64,000 bases of DNA from Nitrosopumilus sp. (GTDB taxonomy: Archaea > Thermoproteota > Nitrososphaeria > Nitrososphaerales > Nitrosopumilaceae), in the NCBI GenBank assembly GCA_965207075.1, contig CBDBLO010000002.1, positions 2,048,001-2,112,000 of the forward strand. The letters run 5' to 3'. How positions within the stretch are numbered: position 1 is the first letter of the stretch; every line of letters begins with the position of its first letter. Position numbers and translations under genes: made by a program. A model generated the notes under the pieces. The model had not been told where the DNA came from. It saw only the letters and a list, made by a program, of their open reading frames with translations, and did no database searches. This document shows positions 38,381-49,255 of the stretch, piece after piece.

Positions 38381-39274
38381 GCGGCGGCTGTGTTGCCTGC
38401 CCACGACCTTGGATGCCACCGACGCGGCGTCCGCGGCGGCCCCCACGTTGTGCGTCCTGATGATGTCGGCCCCCCGCATCACCGCGACCGCCTCCGCGGC
38501 GGCCGTCCCGTACGCGCGGTCCGCCACGTCCGCGCGCCCCGTGACTGCGCCCAGAAACGACTTGTTTGACACGGATACCACTACGGGCATCGCCTTTTTG
38601 GCCCTGATGGAGGCAAGGCCGTCCAGCACGGCCGCGTCCCGCGACACCCAGTCAGTCGATCCCATCCTGGTGTAAAGCGGGCCGCCGGCCCTCTTGCGAA
38701 AGAATCCTATCGACGGATCTACCGCTATCCGCGACGCGGGAATGCCCGCCTTCGAGGCGATCTTGAGGCTCTCGGCAAGCAGGCGCCGCGCGTCGCGCAC
38801 ATAGTCCCGCGCCGGGGCCGCCACCCGCCTGCCGGGGCCGCCGTACGAGCATACCACTACAGACGCGCGGTGGCGCCGCGCCGTTCCGGCCATCCCCGCG
38901 TCATGCTTGAGCCCGGACACGTCGTTGACTATGACGGCCCCCGCCTCCAGCGCCCTTTTTGCCACCGCGGCCCTGCACGTGTCGACGGATATGGGCAGGT
39001 TGCACCCGTCCTGTACGGCGCCCACCGCCCTGAGGACGCGGTCCGACTCCTCGCGCTCGGATACCCCGGTCTCCAGATATGGCGCGGTGGACATGCCGCC
39101 CACGTCCACGTAGTGGCCGCCCTCGTCCTCTATCGACTTTGCCCTGTCCCTGATGGCGCGCCTCGTGATATACACGGAACCCCCGTAGAACGACTCCGGG
39201 CTGGCGTTCACCACACCCATTACGCGCACCGGGCTGCCGGGACCCGCGCGAATGCCCCCGATCACACTGGTCAC
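38375..39274 (-). CDS. folP: Dihydropteroate synthase
   Basis: MGVVNASPESF, ISVDT, VNDVSG, SNKSF, IRTHNV. Confidence 0.9.
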   Translation of the reverse strand: MTSVIGGIRAGPGSPVRVMGVVNASPESFYGGSVYITRRAIRDRAKSIEDEGGHYVDVGGMSTAPYLETGVSEREESDRVLRAVGAVQDGCNLPISVDTCRAAVAKRALEAGAVIVNDVSGLKHDAGMAGTARRHRASVVVCSYGGPGRRVAAPARDYVRDARRLLAESLKIASKAGIPASRIAVDPSIGFFRKRAGGPLYTRMGSTDWVSRDAAVLDGLASIRAKKAMPVVVSVSNKSFLGAVTGRADVADRAYGTAAAEAVAVMRGADIIRTHNVGAAADAASVASKVVGRQHSRRL

Positions 39275-39319
39275 AACGGTTTATCAACGCACGGCATAAT
39301 TGAACCATGTGATGCTGTG

Positions 39320-40171
39320 ATGGACGGCGCGGCGGTAGAGAAGGAGGAGGAGGAGGAGGAAACGGAAGCGACAACGGCATGGCAGGACATGTACAACGCG
39401 ATACTGGCCGACTTTGCGTATGACACCGCAAGGGACGACAAAAGCGCCCGCATGCTTGACCACATATTGGATGAGGCGGGCATGCCCGACGCATACCCCG
39501 CGCTGCGCAGGATGATCGAAGGAAATACCGTGCTGGTGGCCGGCTCGGGGCCCTCCCTTGACGAGTCGCTTGATACCCTTGCAAGGCACGCGGACACGGC
39601 CGTCCTGATCGCCGCGGACACGGCCGCGAAACCCCTCGTGGACCGCGGCATCATGCCGCACGTCATCGTAACCGACCTGGACGGAGACGTCGAGTGCCAT
39701 GCGGAGGCCTCCGAGAAGGGGGCCGCCATAATAGCGCACGCCCACGGGGACAACATGCACATGCTGCACCATGTCAGAAGGTTTCGCGCATGCATGGGGA
39801 CGACCCAGGCGGGCCCCGTCGGACGCATAAGGAACCTGGGCGGGTTTACCGACGGGGACAGGGCCGTGTTTGCGGCCGACCACTTTGGCGCGGGCCGGAT
39901 CATTCTGTTTGGCATGGACCTCGACGGGGAGGAGGTGGGCAGGCACTCCAGGACCGCCGCGTCCGACCGCGCCACGAAGGCAAAAAAGCTGCTAAAGGCA
40001 AGGGAGCTGCTGGAGGTGTGGCTTGCCGGCCGGCCCAGGCGGGGCCGCCGCCTGTACACCGCATCCGACTGCCGCATAGCGGGGTTTGAGAGCATCACAT
40101 ACAGTGATGTGGACAGGCTTCTGGCGCCCGGCGCGGGTGGCCGCAGGGGGCCCGCGCGCCCGGAGGAGTGA
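39320..40171 (+). CDS. mptE: 6-hydroxymethyl-7,8-dihydropterin pyrophosphokinase (MptE-like)
   Basis: GSGPSL, VTDLDG, HAHGDN, GGFTDGDRA; divergent from folP. Confidence 0.85.
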   Translation: MDGAAVEKEEEEEETEATTAWQDMYNAILADFAYDTARDDKSARMLDHILDEAGMPDAYPALRRMIEGNTVLVAGSGPSLDESLDTLARHADTAVLIAADTAAKPLVDRGIMPHVIVTDLDGDVECHAEASEKGAAIIAHAHGDNMHMLHHVRRFRACMGTTQAGPVGRIRNLGGFTDGDRAVFAADHFGAGRIILFGMDLDGEEVGRHSRTAASDRATKAKKLLKARELLEVWLAGRPRRGRRLYTASDCRIAGFESITYSDVDRLLAPGAGGRRGPARPEE

Positions 40172-40280
40172 CGCCGGGCGCGAGCGCTGCGGCGGAAGAG
40201 GAGGAAGGGAAGAGGAACCGCGCTGCGCGCCGCGGCGGCACTAGAATGAGTTTAATATCCGTCGGCCCCCCTTTCATTCC

Positions 40281-40988
40281 ATGAAGCTCTCCGAGGACGA
40301 GGTAAGGGACGTCATATCCATACAGAAGAGAATTGCAGGAAAGATAGAGGCGCACCAAAAGGAGATCAGGCTGCTTGAGCGCAATTACGAGATACTTGAA
40401 AAGATCGTCACGGAATCCAGCTTTACGAGCGCGGCGGATCTGCTGGGCGATGGCAGCAGCAGTAGCAGTAGCGGTGACGGCGCGAACTCGGAGACTGGTA
40501 ACGCAGACGGTGCGGAGGCCGCAGACTCGGCAGCGGCAGCGCAACCGCACGAGGCGCCAGATGCGGCACCAGAGAACGCCGCGCCGGAGCAGCCGTCCGG
40601 CAGCGGCACTGTCATCACCGACAGCGGCACGGGCAAGCCCCTGGCCGACGTGCAGCGGACGCAGGACCGCATCAGCATCATTATAGCAGAGGGACTGCAG
40701 GGCCTGGCCGAGGACGTGCCCCCGTTCCGCTCGTTCTTCATAGACAGGATACTGGGCGGCATGCAGAAGGGCGACGCCGAAAGGGTGCGCAGCGGCTCGC
40801 TGCAGGAGCACGAGTCCATAAGCTACGAGATAGACGCCGACCCCGGGACGGGGCGCCTCAGGCGCATACTGATCAAGAACTACGGGGACGAGCGGCGCGC
40901 AAGCGAGATCCTGAGCACGGCGGGATGGTCGTTTTCCAGGATGCTCGAGAGGGAGGAGGCCGCGGCCGCGGCGCAGCCGGGCAGATGA
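40281..40988 (+). CDS. Conserved hypothetical protein
   Basis: Coiled-coil N-terminus, PPFRSFFIDRILGGM...GWSFSRM; upstream of guaA. Confidence 0.7.
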   Translation: MKLSEDEVRDVISIQKRIAGKIEAHQKEIRLLERNYEILEKIVTESSFTSAADLLGDGSSSSSSGDGANSETGNADGAEAADSAAAAQPHEAPDAAPENAAPEQPSGSGTVITDSGTGKPLADVQRTQDRISIIIAEGLQGLAEDVPPFRSFFIDRILGGMQKGDAERVRSGSLQEHESISYEIDADPGTGRLRRILIKNYGDERRASEILSTAGWSFSRMLEREEAAAAAQPGR

Positions 40989-40994
40989 TGCGCC

Positions 40995-42527
40995 GTGACT
41001 GACAGGATCACCGTGCTTGACTTTGGCTCCCAGTACAGCCACCTCATATGCAGGAGGATCAGGGACCTCTCGGTGTACGCGGAGCTCGTCCCGTACGACA
41101 TTACGGCAGAGGAGCTGGCCCGGCACGACCCAAAGGGGATAATACTGTCGGGGGGGCCCGCAAGCGTCAGCGACACTGACGCGCCTATCCCGGAGGACGC
41201 CGTCTTCGAGTCCGGGCTGCCGATACTCGGCATATGCTACGGGCACCAGCTTATAGTGCACAGGTACGGCGGCCGCGTAAAGCGCGCGAACCGCGAGTAC
41301 GGCTCCTCCACCCTCACAGTCGACGGCGGCGGCTCGGACCTGCTGGGCGGCATTGGCGGCTCGGTCAGGGCCTGGATGAGCCACGGGGACGAGGCGGAGC
41401 AGGTCCCGCGGAACTTTGAGGTCATAGGCCACACGGAAAACTCCAAGGCCGCCGCGATCGCCTCAAGGGACGGGCCGCCCGTATACGGGATACAGTTCCA
41501 CCCGGAGGTGGCGCACACGGAGCAGGGCTCGCGGATACTGGAGAACTTTGTCCTCAACGTATGCAAGGCAGGCCGGGACTGGACGATGTCAAGGTTCGTG
41601 GAGGAGGCAGTCGGCAGGATATCAGACATCGAGGGGAACGTGCTGTGCGGCGTCAGCGGGGGCGTGGACTCGACCGTAGCTGCCGTCCTCATACACAGGG
41701 CCATAGGAAACAGGCTAAAGTGCGTCTTTGTGGACAACGGGCTCCTGCGGGAGGGCGAGTCGCGGGAGATTACGGGCATATTCCGGGACAACTTTGGCAT
41801 GAACTTTGAGGCCGTGGACGCGGCGCAAAAATTCCTCGGCAAGCTCAGGGGGGTGGCAGACCCGGAGGCAAAGCGCAAGATAGTGGGCGAGGAGTTTGTA
41901 AGGGTGTTCAGCGACTTTGCAAGGAGCCGCGGCCCGTTCAGGTGGCTTGCCCAGGGGACGCTGTACCCGGACGTGATTGAGAGCGGCGTCTCAAAGGGCC
42001 CCGCCTCGGTCATAAAGTCCCACCACAACGTCGGGGGCCTGCCCGAGTGGCTGGACCTGGAGGTCCTGGAGCCGCTCCGCGACCTGTACAAGGACGAGGT
42101 CAGGGAGGTGGCTCGCATACTCGGGGTGCCCCGGAGCATCTACATGCGGCACCCGTTTCCGGGGCCCGGGCTGGCGGTCCGCATAATGGGCGAGGTGACG
42201 CCAGAAAAGCTTGAGATTGCGCGCGTGGCAGGCAAGATAGTGGAGGACGAGCTGGAGCAGGCGGGGCTCTACTCGGAGGTCTGGCAGGCGTACGCGGCAG
42301 TCGGGGACGACAGGGCAGTCGGCGTGGTGGGCGACGGGCGGGTGTACGGCAACATCGTGATGATAAGGGTGGTGAGCTCCACTGACGCGATGACGGCGGA
42401 CTGGACCAGGCTGCCGCACGACCTGCTGGAGAGGATGAGCAACCGCATAACAAACGAGATAGACAACGTGACCTGGGTCTCGTACGCGGTATCAAGCAAG
42501 CCGCCGGCGACCATAGAGCCGCAGTGA
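40995..42527 (+). CDS. guaA: GMP synthase (glutamine-hydrolysing)
   Basis: DFGSQY, GICYG, QFHPEV, SGGVDS, IKSHHNVGG, KPPATIE. Confidence 0.96.
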   Translation: MTDRITVLDFGSQYSHLICRRIRDLSVYAELVPYDITAEELARHDPKGIILSGGPASVSDTDAPIPEDAVFESGLPILGICYGHQLIVHRYGGRVKRANREYGSSTLTVDGGGSDLLGGIGGSVRAWMSHGDEAEQVPRNFEVIGHTENSKAAAIASRDGPPVYGIQFHPEVAHTEQGSRILENFVLNVCKAGRDWTMSRFVEEAVGRISDIEGNVLCGVSGGVDSTVAAVLIHRAIGNRLKCVFVDNGLLREGESREITGIFRDNFGMNFEAVDAAQKFLGKLRGVADPEAKRKIVGEEFVRVFSDFARSRGPFRWLAQGTLYPDVIESGVSKGPASVIKSHHNVGGLPEWLDLEVLEPLRDLYKDEVREVARILGVPRSIYMRHPFPGPGLAVRIMGEVTPEKLEIARVAGKIVEDELEQAGLYSEVWQAYAAVGDDRAVGVVGDGRVYGNIVMIRVVSSTDAMTADWTRLPHDLLERMSNRITNEIDNVTWVSYAVSSKPPATIEPQ

Positions 42528-42552
42528 CGGCCGGGCGTCCAAAGGGCGGCGG

Positions 42553-43242
42553 CTACCACACCACGTGCACCAGATCCGACAGGTTGCGCCTGGGCTTGGG
42601 GTACTTTGCCTGCCTCGGATACCCGACGCACAGCACCGAGGACGGGACCAGGTCGGTGCCCAGGGCGTCCATCACCTTCTGCTCGTCAAGCATGCCTATC
42701 CATATGGAGCTGAGTCCCAGGGCCTGGGCCGCGAGCTGCGAGTAACCCGCGGCCAGCGTGGCGTCCTGTATTGCAAACTTTCTGAGTATGTAGTCCGGAA
42801 AGTCGAACTTTACCCGCGCGGGGTTCTTGCAGAACACCAAAACGAGCGGGGCGTCCACGTACGGCTGGTTGTTGCACGCGGCCACCAATTTCCGCTTTGT
42901 GTCCGGCCCGCGCACCAGGAATATCTCGAACCCCTGGTAGTTTCCCGCAGTCGGGGCCGTGTCGGCGGCAGCTATTATCCTGTCGACCTTCTCGGGCTCG
43001 ACTGGACGGTCTGCAAACTTTCGCGTGGAGCGGCGCGCGGCCATCACCGCAAACAGGTCCGTGTCGACCGGGACGGCGCCCCCCGGCGACGGCCTTTGCT
43101 GCAGTATGGAGTTGAGCAGCTGGTTTCTGACCGCGGGATCGGGCCTCGCCGCGTCGCCCGCATCCGCCGGTACCCGCGGCTTGTACCCGGCCGGGTATAT
43201 CATGCCCCTCTTCTCGTTCTCCTCCTCAAACGTGTCTGCCAT
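42553..43242 (-). CDS. Nitroreductase family protein
   Basis: RRSTRKF, APTAGNYQ, GLSSIWIG. Confidence 0.88.
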   Translation of the reverse strand: MADTFEEENEKRGMIYPAGYKPRVPADAGDAARPDPAVRNQLLNSILQQRPSPGGAVPVDTDLFAVMAARRSTRKFADRPVEPEKVDRIIAAADTAPTAGNYQGFEIFLVRGPDTKRKLVAACNNQPYVDAPLVLVFCKNPARVKFDFPDYILRKFAIQDATLAAGYSQLAAQALGLSSIWIGMLDEQKVMDALGTDLVPSSVLCVGYPRQAKYPKPRRNLSDLVHVVW

Positions 43243-43295
43243 ACGTGGGAGCGGGGCCCTTGACTATTAAGCGTGAGCGGCCGCCGCGCGGGCAA

Positions 43296-43868
43296 CTATA
43301 CGCCGGCCCAGCGCGTGCAGTCAAAGCCCTCCTCCATACGGGGCATCTCAAGCATCCCGCACTGCCTACGCAGTATGTGGTCGGGGACCCTGTCACTGCC
43401 CGTGCGCGCGCGGTTGCGCTCCAGCGCCAAGGCAACGTCCGTAAAGTATACGGCCGTGACCGTGGCCCCGTACTGCCGCGCCATCAGTATGTAGGGCCAG
43501 CGTATCGTACTTGTGAGGTTCGTGTCGTCTATCACGACGTCCCTGCCTGCCCCGAGCGCGTCGGCCATCTGCATATATTCCCGCTTCCGGTTGCGGCTGC
43601 CCTGCTCCCTGCTGAGGGAGCCGCGGTATTCTCTACCGGCCGGATTGGGGGGCATTCCGTACGGTTGCTGTCCGAGGTTCAGCGGTTCCTCCTGCTGGTA
43701 CCTCTCCAGCAATGTGGTCCTGTCGCCGCGCTTGAGCGTTTTGTTGTTGATGTCAAGCGATATGTGCGCGTGGCCGGACAGCTCCTTCCTGACATAGGTG
43801 GTCTTGCCGCTGCCCGGCACGCCGACCATTATCACCACCTCTTGCCGCTTCATGGGGGGCGCTGCCAC
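43296..43868 (-). CDS. P-loop kinase (AAA_33 / polynucleotide-kinase-like)
   Basis: GVPGSGKTT, VVIDDTN, ERNRAR, EEGF. Confidence 0.8.
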   Translation of the reverse strand: MAAPPMKRQEVVIMVGVPGSGKTTYVRKELSGHAHISLDINNKTLKRGDRTTLLERYQQEEPLNLGQQPYGMPPNPAGREYRGSLSREQGSRNRKREYMQMADALGAGRDVVIDDTNLTSTIRWPYILMARQYGATVTAVYFTDVALALERNRARTGSDRVPDHILRRQCGMLEMPRMEEGFDCTRWAGV

Positions 43869-43912
43869 CGGCAGGAGATATTGCTTGTGGCCGCACCGTT
43901 GTTTGGTTGTGC

Positions 43913-43948
43913 GGTGGTGCCGGTGGTGCCGGTGGTGCCGGTGGTGCC
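43913..43948. repeat. 4 x 9-bp tandem repeat
   Basis: ggtggtgcc repeated four times. Confidence 0.85.
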
Positions 43949-43959
43949 AGCGTCACACG

Positions 43960-44880
43960 TCATATCAGACAGGCGCCTATCACGCCTGCCGAGTCGCCCA
44001 GCCTGTTCCTCAGTATCGGCACGTCCGACGCCAGGCTGGAAAACACGTTTCTCCGGACGGACTCTGCGCCCGCGCCATACCAGACGTCCATGTTTGAGAG
44101 GCCCCCTCCCATGACTATGGCGTCCGGGTCCAGTATGTCGACCACGTTTGCAAGGGCCAGGCCAAAGTTTTCGATTGCCTCTTCAAGCCACGCGCGCGCA
44201 CCCTCCAGGCCGCGCGCGTCACCTGCCAGGCCGCCGTCCTGCGTGACGTACCGGGCTATCTGCGGCATGCCCGCCGCGCGCCCCGTCATCTGGGCCCACC
44301 CGGACTCTAGCGCGGGCCCGCTCAGGTACGTCTCGACGCACCCGCTCCTGCCGCAGTAGCACCGGTTGCCCCCCGCATGAAGCGTGTGGTGCCCCCACTC
44401 CCCGGCAATGCCGCTTGCGCCGCGGTGTATCCTCCTGCCGATCACTATCCCGCCGCCGACGCCGGTCCCCATTATCACGCCAAACACCACGTCGTGCCCG
44501 GAGCCGGCGCCCATCACCGACTCGGCCAGCGCAAAGCAGTTGGCGTCGTTCTCTACGGCAATATCGTCGCGGCGCAGCGCCTCCCGTATGTCACGGCGCA
44601 GCGGCCTGTCCCTGAGGGACGGCGTGTTGCTGTTCGCGATGAGTTTGTCGGGGCCGTACTCGGTGCCGGGCGTGCAGACGCCTATGTGATCCACGGAGCC
44701 GAGGCCGCCGGGCAGCCCGTCGGCCGCGCGCTCGACCAGAGACGTAATGGCGCCCACGATCCCGGCATAGTCGCCCGGGGTCGGCACCCTCTCCCTCCTC
44801 GCTATGCGGGATTGCCCGTCAAGCAGCACCGCCTCGGTCTTCGTGCCGCCCAGATCCACGCCTATCCTGTACCGGTCCAT
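43960..44880 (-). CDS. ROK family sugar kinase
   Basis: GVDLGGT, ENDANC, GTGVGGG, GEWGH, CYCGRSGCVE. Confidence 0.9.
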   Translation of the reverse strand: MDRYRIGVDLGGTKTEAVLLDGQSRIARRERVPTPGDYAGIVGAITSLVERAADGLPGGLGSVDHIGVCTPGTEYGPDKLIANSNTPSLRDRPLRRDIREALRRDDIAVENDANCFALAESVMGAGSGHDVVFGVIMGTGVGGGIVIGRRIHRGASGIAGEWGHHTLHAGGNRCYCGRSGCVETYLSGPALESGWAQMTGRAAGMPQIARYVTQDGGLAGDARGLEGARAWLEEAIENFGLALANVVDILDPDAIVMGGGLSNMDVWYGAGAESVRRNVFSSLASDVPILRNRLGDSAGVIGACLI

Positions 44881-45036
44881 CTGATGCCGTATGCAGGACG
44901 CGTGTTATGATTTTTCCCATATGCAGTATGCGCGCACATGCAGGGGCCGGCGATACGGACATCCCGTTTGGAAGAATGACTCTGTCCTGGTGCAGGTTGC
45001 GTTCAGGCGACAAGACTAGGAAGCCGCGCACTGAAT

Positions 45037-46668
45037 CTACATCGGGGGCGGTCCGCCGCCGGCGCCGCCGCCCGGAGGCCCGGACACGGCGATAACGTCG
45101 TCGATTCTCAGGATCATACACGCCGCCTCAGTCGCGGACTTTATTATCTGCTCCTTTACTGCCACGGGCTCCACGATGCTCTTCTTTAGCATGTCGGCGA
45201 TCTCCGTGTTGCGCGCGTCGATCCCGGTCCACTTGTTGCCCTGGCCCTGGCGCGCCCTGAGGGTGGCCATGGTGTCTATCGGGTCCATCCCCGCGTTCTC
45301 GGCGATCGTAAGCGGTATCGACTCCAAAGCCTCTGCGAACTTTTTGACTGCAAGCTGCTCCCTCCCGTCAAAGCTGTCGGCCCACGTCTTCAGCTGGGCC
45401 GCCGCGTACGCCTCGGGCGCCCCGCCGCCTGCCACTATGGCGGGCTTTTCAATCACGTCCTTTGTCACCATCAAGGCGTCATGTATGGAGCGGTCCACCT
45501 CGTCTACGACCCTCTGCGAGCCGCCGCGTATCAGCAGGGACACGGAGCGCGCGTCCTTGCATCCCTCTATGAAGACCCACTTGTCCGACTCGACCTTTTT
45601 CTGCTGCACCACGTCGGCCGCGCCCAGGTCATCTGGGGACAGGTCGTCGATGTTGCTTATGACCCGCCCGCCTGATGCCTTTGCAAGCTTTGTCATGTCG
45701 CTCTCCTTTACGCGCCGGACCGCCATCATGCCGTGCTTTGCCAGATAGTGCTGGGCGATATCGTCAATGCCCTTTTGGCAGATCACCACGCTGGCGCCCG
45801 CCTGCCTTATCTTCTCAATCATCTCCTTTAGCATGCGGTTCTCCTCCTCCAAGAACATCTGCATCTGGGCAGGATCGGTTATCCTGATCTCCGAGCTCAT
45901 CTCGGTCTTTTCAATCTCGAGCGCCGTGTCCACCAGGGCTATCTTTGCGCCCTCGACCTTTGAGGGCATTCCGCTGTGGACGATCTCCTTGTCAAGTATG
46001 ATCCCCTTTACAATCTGGGTGTCGTGTATGGAGCCGCCGGCCTTTTTCTCCACCTTTATGTTGTCCAGGTCGACTGTAGTGCTGCCGTCCTTTGTCTTTG
46101 TGGCCACGCTCAGCACGGCGTCGACCACCACGCCGGCAAGCTCCTCGCTGTCCTCGGATATCAGCTTGGACTCCATGCTTGTCTTTGCAACCTTTAGCAG
46201 CTCTGCCCTGTCGCCGGGGCTGATCTTCTCGGACACCTGGCCGTATACCTCCAACGTCTTCTCGGCGGCCTCCTGGAAGCCCTCCACGATGGTCGAGGAG
46301 TGGACGTCCTTTTTGAGCAGATCCTCGGCGGCGGCCAAAAGCGCGCCCGCGAACACCACGGAGGACGTGGTGCCGTCTCCCACCTCGTTGTCCACGGTCT
46401 TTGATATCTCCACTATCATCTTGGCGGCCGGATGCTGCACGTCTATCTCCTTTAGTATCGTGGCGCCGTCGTTTGTGATCGTGACGTCCCCGAGCGAGTC
46501 GACCAGCATCTTGTCCAGGCCCCTGGGGCCCAGGCTGCTCTTTACCAGGTCCGCGACCAGCTTTGCCGCCGTAATGTTGTTCTGCTGGGCGTCGCGGCCC
46601 TTTTGCTGCAGGGCGCTCTCCTTTAGTACGAGTACCGGTCCGTTCGGGCCCTGCTGTATAGATGCCAT
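45037..46668 (-). CDS. Thermosome (group II chaperonin) subunit
   Basis: LGPRGLDKM, TNDGATIL, GDGTTS. Confidence 0.95.
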   Translation of the reverse strand: MASIQQGPNGPVLVLKESALQQKGRDAQQNNITAAKLVADLVKSSLGPRGLDKMLVDSLGDVTITNDGATILKEIDVQHPAAKMIVEISKTVDNEVGDGTTSSVVFAGALLAAAEDLLKKDVHSSTIVEGFQEAAEKTLEVYGQVSEKISPGDRAELLKVAKTSMESKLISEDSEELAGVVVDAVLSVATKTKDGSTTVDLDNIKVEKKAGGSIHDTQIVKGIILDKEIVHSGMPSKVEGAKIALVDTALEIEKTEMSSEIRITDPAQMQMFLEEENRMLKEMIEKIRQAGASVVICQKGIDDIAQHYLAKHGMMAVRRVKESDMTKLAKASGGRVISNIDDLSPDDLGAADVVQQKKVESDKWVFIEGCKDARSVSLLIRGGSQRVVDEVDRSIHDALMVTKDVIEKPAIVAGGGAPEAYAAAQLKTWADSFDGREQLAVKKFAEALESIPLTIAENAGMDPIDTMATLRARQGQGNKWTGIDARNTEIADMLKKSIVEPVAVKEQIIKSATEAACMILRIDDVIAVSGPPGGGAGGGPPPM

Positions 46669-46743
46669 GCTTCGGATCCGGATGCAAGAAGTCCCCTTTT
46701 TTAATATTACTTGGTGGAGTCCCCCCTTGGAATGCACGCCACG

Positions 46744-48603
46744 CTACGCGTCGCCATAGCGAAGGGGATCGACGCGCCTGCCTTCGGTGACGTGCACCAT
46801 GCCGCCTGCTGTCATCCTGACCAAGGGCAGCGCCAGAAACGGCAGGAAGAGGGGCACCAGCACGGGCCTCTCAAACCGGCACCCAGCGTCGGACATCGCG
46901 CCGTTTACCTGCTCAAACTGCTCTAGCACGGTATCAAAGGGGGCGGTGGATACTATCCCCGCAAACTGCAGGGGCATGGACGCGACAATCCTGCCGTTGC
47001 GCGATACTGCCACCCCGCCGTTGTTTCTAGTCAGGTGGTTCGCGGCTGCCGCCATCTCCGCGTCGTTTGATCCTATGACGATCATGTCGTTCTCATGAAA
47101 GCTCCAGGTGCTTGCAAACGCCCCGACGTCCCCGCCGAGCCCCTCTAGGAACCCCACGGAGCGCCTGCCCCTGGTGCCTCCTCCTCCTCTTCCGCCGCCG
47201 CCGCGTACGCGGTCAAAGGCGGCCACCTTCCACACATCGGCCGCGTCCGGGTGCGGCACGACCCGCCCGTCGCCGTCACATGCAACCGGGGCCGTGCCCA
47301 ACCCCGTTATGATCTCAGTCTTCAGCACGATGGTGTTGGCCGACGTGGCGCGGCCCCTCCCCGCGCGCACCGCAAAGTCCGACGCCGAGAGCCTGGGGGT
47401 CCTCACGGTGCGCCGTATCCATGCCGGCGTCCTCCTTGCGGGGACGTCCACAACGAGGCGGCCCTTTGAGACCACCGTCCTGCCGCCGACCATCACGGTC
47501 TCCGGCCGGAACGACGAGTGGTCGCCCTTTCTCATCACGAGTATGTCCGCAAGCCTGCCCGGGGCGATGCCGCCAAGGTCGCGGCCCATCATATAGTAGT
47601 CAAACACGTTTCTTGTCGCCATTGTAACGGCGTCGACCGGGCGTATGCCGAGCCGGACTGCCTCCCTGACGCAGTGGTCTATGTGCCCGAACTCCCTGAT
47701 TGCGGCCGGATCAAGCCCGTCGGAGCAGAACATCAGCCTCTCAAGGTAGGGCCCGTGAGATATGACCTCCCTGACGATCCCCTCAAGGTCGCGGCGTATG
47801 GAGCCCTCGCGTATCATGACCCACATCCCGAGCCGCAGCCGCTCTATTGCCTGCTCAAAGTTTATCGGCTCGTGGCACGATATTATGCCCGACGCGACGT
47901 ACGCGGCCAGCTTTTTTCCGGAGGCGCCCGCCGTGTGCCCGTTTATGATGCAGTGCTGCCGCGTCATGTCCGATATGGAGCGCATGGTCCGGGGGTCCCG
48001 CTCGGTCACCTTTGTCCACGAGAACACCTCGCCCATTCCAAGCACGTCCGGGTTGCGGCGCACGGCCGCCCCCTGCCTTGCATGCATGGCGCCACTGCCG
48101 CGCCTGCTGAACCTGGGATCGACTGGCAGGCCGCCCGGCACGGTCTGGAATATGCGGATTGGCAGGCCGCGCCCCGCGCGCAGGAACTCCTCAAAGCCCC
48201 CGTGCCCGGCCACGCTTACCACGTCTATGGGATCCGAGAACAGCGAGGTGACGCCGCACAGCAGCGCCTCCTTGGCGAACTCCGCGGGCATTACGAACTG
48301 GTCGATGTGGATGTGCGGGTCCGCGTACCCGGGCGCGACGCGCCTGCCGCCCAGATCGACGGTGGCGGTGCGGGGGCCCCGGGTGTGGGACGCGTCGTGT
48401 CCCACGTACGAGATGCGGTCGCCGTATACGGAGATCTGCATGTCGTGCAGGATCTCGCCGGTGTACACAGAGTATATGGAGCAGTTTTCAAGTATGGTGT
48501 CGGCCGGCTCGTCCCCCATGGCGGCCGCTATGACAAGGCCGGTGGCGTCTGCCGGGTCGCGCGGCGCGCGGGGGGACGGCGATGCAGTGGCGGCGGTGGC
48601 CAT
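46744..48603 (-). CDS. ade: Adenine deaminase
   Basis: DPHIHID, INGH, SCHE, IREGS, FCSDG. Confidence 0.88.
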   Translation of the reverse strand: MATAATASPSPRAPRDPADATGLVIAAAMGDEPADTILENCSIYSVYTGEILHDMQISVYGDRISYVGHDASHTRGPRTATVDLGGRRVAPGYADPHIHIDQFVMPAEFAKEALLCGVTSLFSDPIDVVSVAGHGGFEEFLRAGRGLPIRIFQTVPGGLPVDPRFSRRGSGAMHARQGAAVRRNPDVLGMGEVFSWTKVTERDPRTMRSISDMTRQHCIINGHTAGASGKKLAAYVASGIISCHEPINFEQAIERLRLGMWVMIREGSIRRDLEGIVREVISHGPYLERLMFCSDGLDPAAIREFGHIDHCVREAVRLGIRPVDAVTMATRNVFDYYMMGRDLGGIAPGRLADILVMRKGDHSSFRPETVMVGGRTVVSKGRLVVDVPARRTPAWIRRTVRTPRLSASDFAVRAGRGRATSANTIVLKTEIITGLGTAPVACDGDGRVVPHPDAADVWKVAAFDRVRGGGGRGGGGTRGRRSVGFLEGLGGDVGAFASTWSFHENDMIVIGSNDAEMAAAANHLTRNNGGVAVSRNGRIVASMPLQFAGIVSTAPFDTVLEQFEQVNGAMSDAGCRFERPVLVPLFLPFLALPLVRMTAGGMVHVTEGRRVDPLRYGDA

Positions 48604-48724
48604 GCGTCACATGCGCGCCGCATCTATTTATTTTCAATACGCGTGGCGCCGTCGCGTCGCAGCAGCAGCCCCCGCCGCGCACGACGATCCAATGCTTAAA
48701 TTACGGGCGAGGAGGCGCACCTGC

Positions 48725-49006
48725 ATGAACATCCCCAAGGTGATTCGCAAGTACTGCGCCAAGTGCAAGACGCACACGGAGCAAAAGGTCTCCATATACA
48801 AGGCGGGCAAGAGGCGCGGTTCGGCAAGGGGCGAGCGCAGGCACGCCGAGCGGAAGCGGGGGTACGGGGGCCAGAAGTTCCCCAAGCTGGCAAAGCCTGC
48901 CAAGGTGACAAAAAAGGTAACTCCCATACTGATGTGCACCACGTGCAAGAAGAAGTTCAACAAGCCGGGTATACGCATCAAGAAATTCGAGTTGGTGGCG
49001 GCATAA
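48725..49006 (+). CDS. rpl44e: 50S ribosomal protein L44e
   Basis: YCAKCKTHT, GYGGQKFP, KVTKK. Confidence 0.95.
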   Translation: MNIPKVIRKYCAKCKTHTEQKVSIYKAGKRRGSARGERRHAERKRGYGGQKFPKLAKPAKVTKKVTPILMCTTCKKKFNKPGIRIKKFELVAA

Positions 49007-49254
49007 TGAAGAAGGATCACGTGGACATACCGGCGCCCTCCAGCAGGTTTTACAAGGTTGAATGCACCGACTGCAACGAGCAGCAGGTGGTATACTCGCA
49101 CGCAACCACCCGCGTGTTCTGCAACCAGTGCGGCAACCCGCTTGCGTCGTCGTCAGGCTCAAAGGCGCGCATCGTGGGGGGGCACGTAAAGGGGGCAGTA
49201 GACCACATAGCCGAGATCCCGGCCGCGGCCGGGGCGGAGCCGGCATCCGAGTGA
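49006..49254 (+). CDS. rps27e: 30S ribosomal protein S27e
   Basis: PSSRFYKVECTDC...VFCNQCG; TAATG overlap with rpl44e. Confidence 0.93.
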   Translation: MKKDHVDIPAPSSRFYKVECTDCNEQQVVYSHATTRVFCNQCGNPLASSSGSKARIVGGHVKGAVDHIAEIPAAAGAEPASE

Positions 49255-49255
49255 G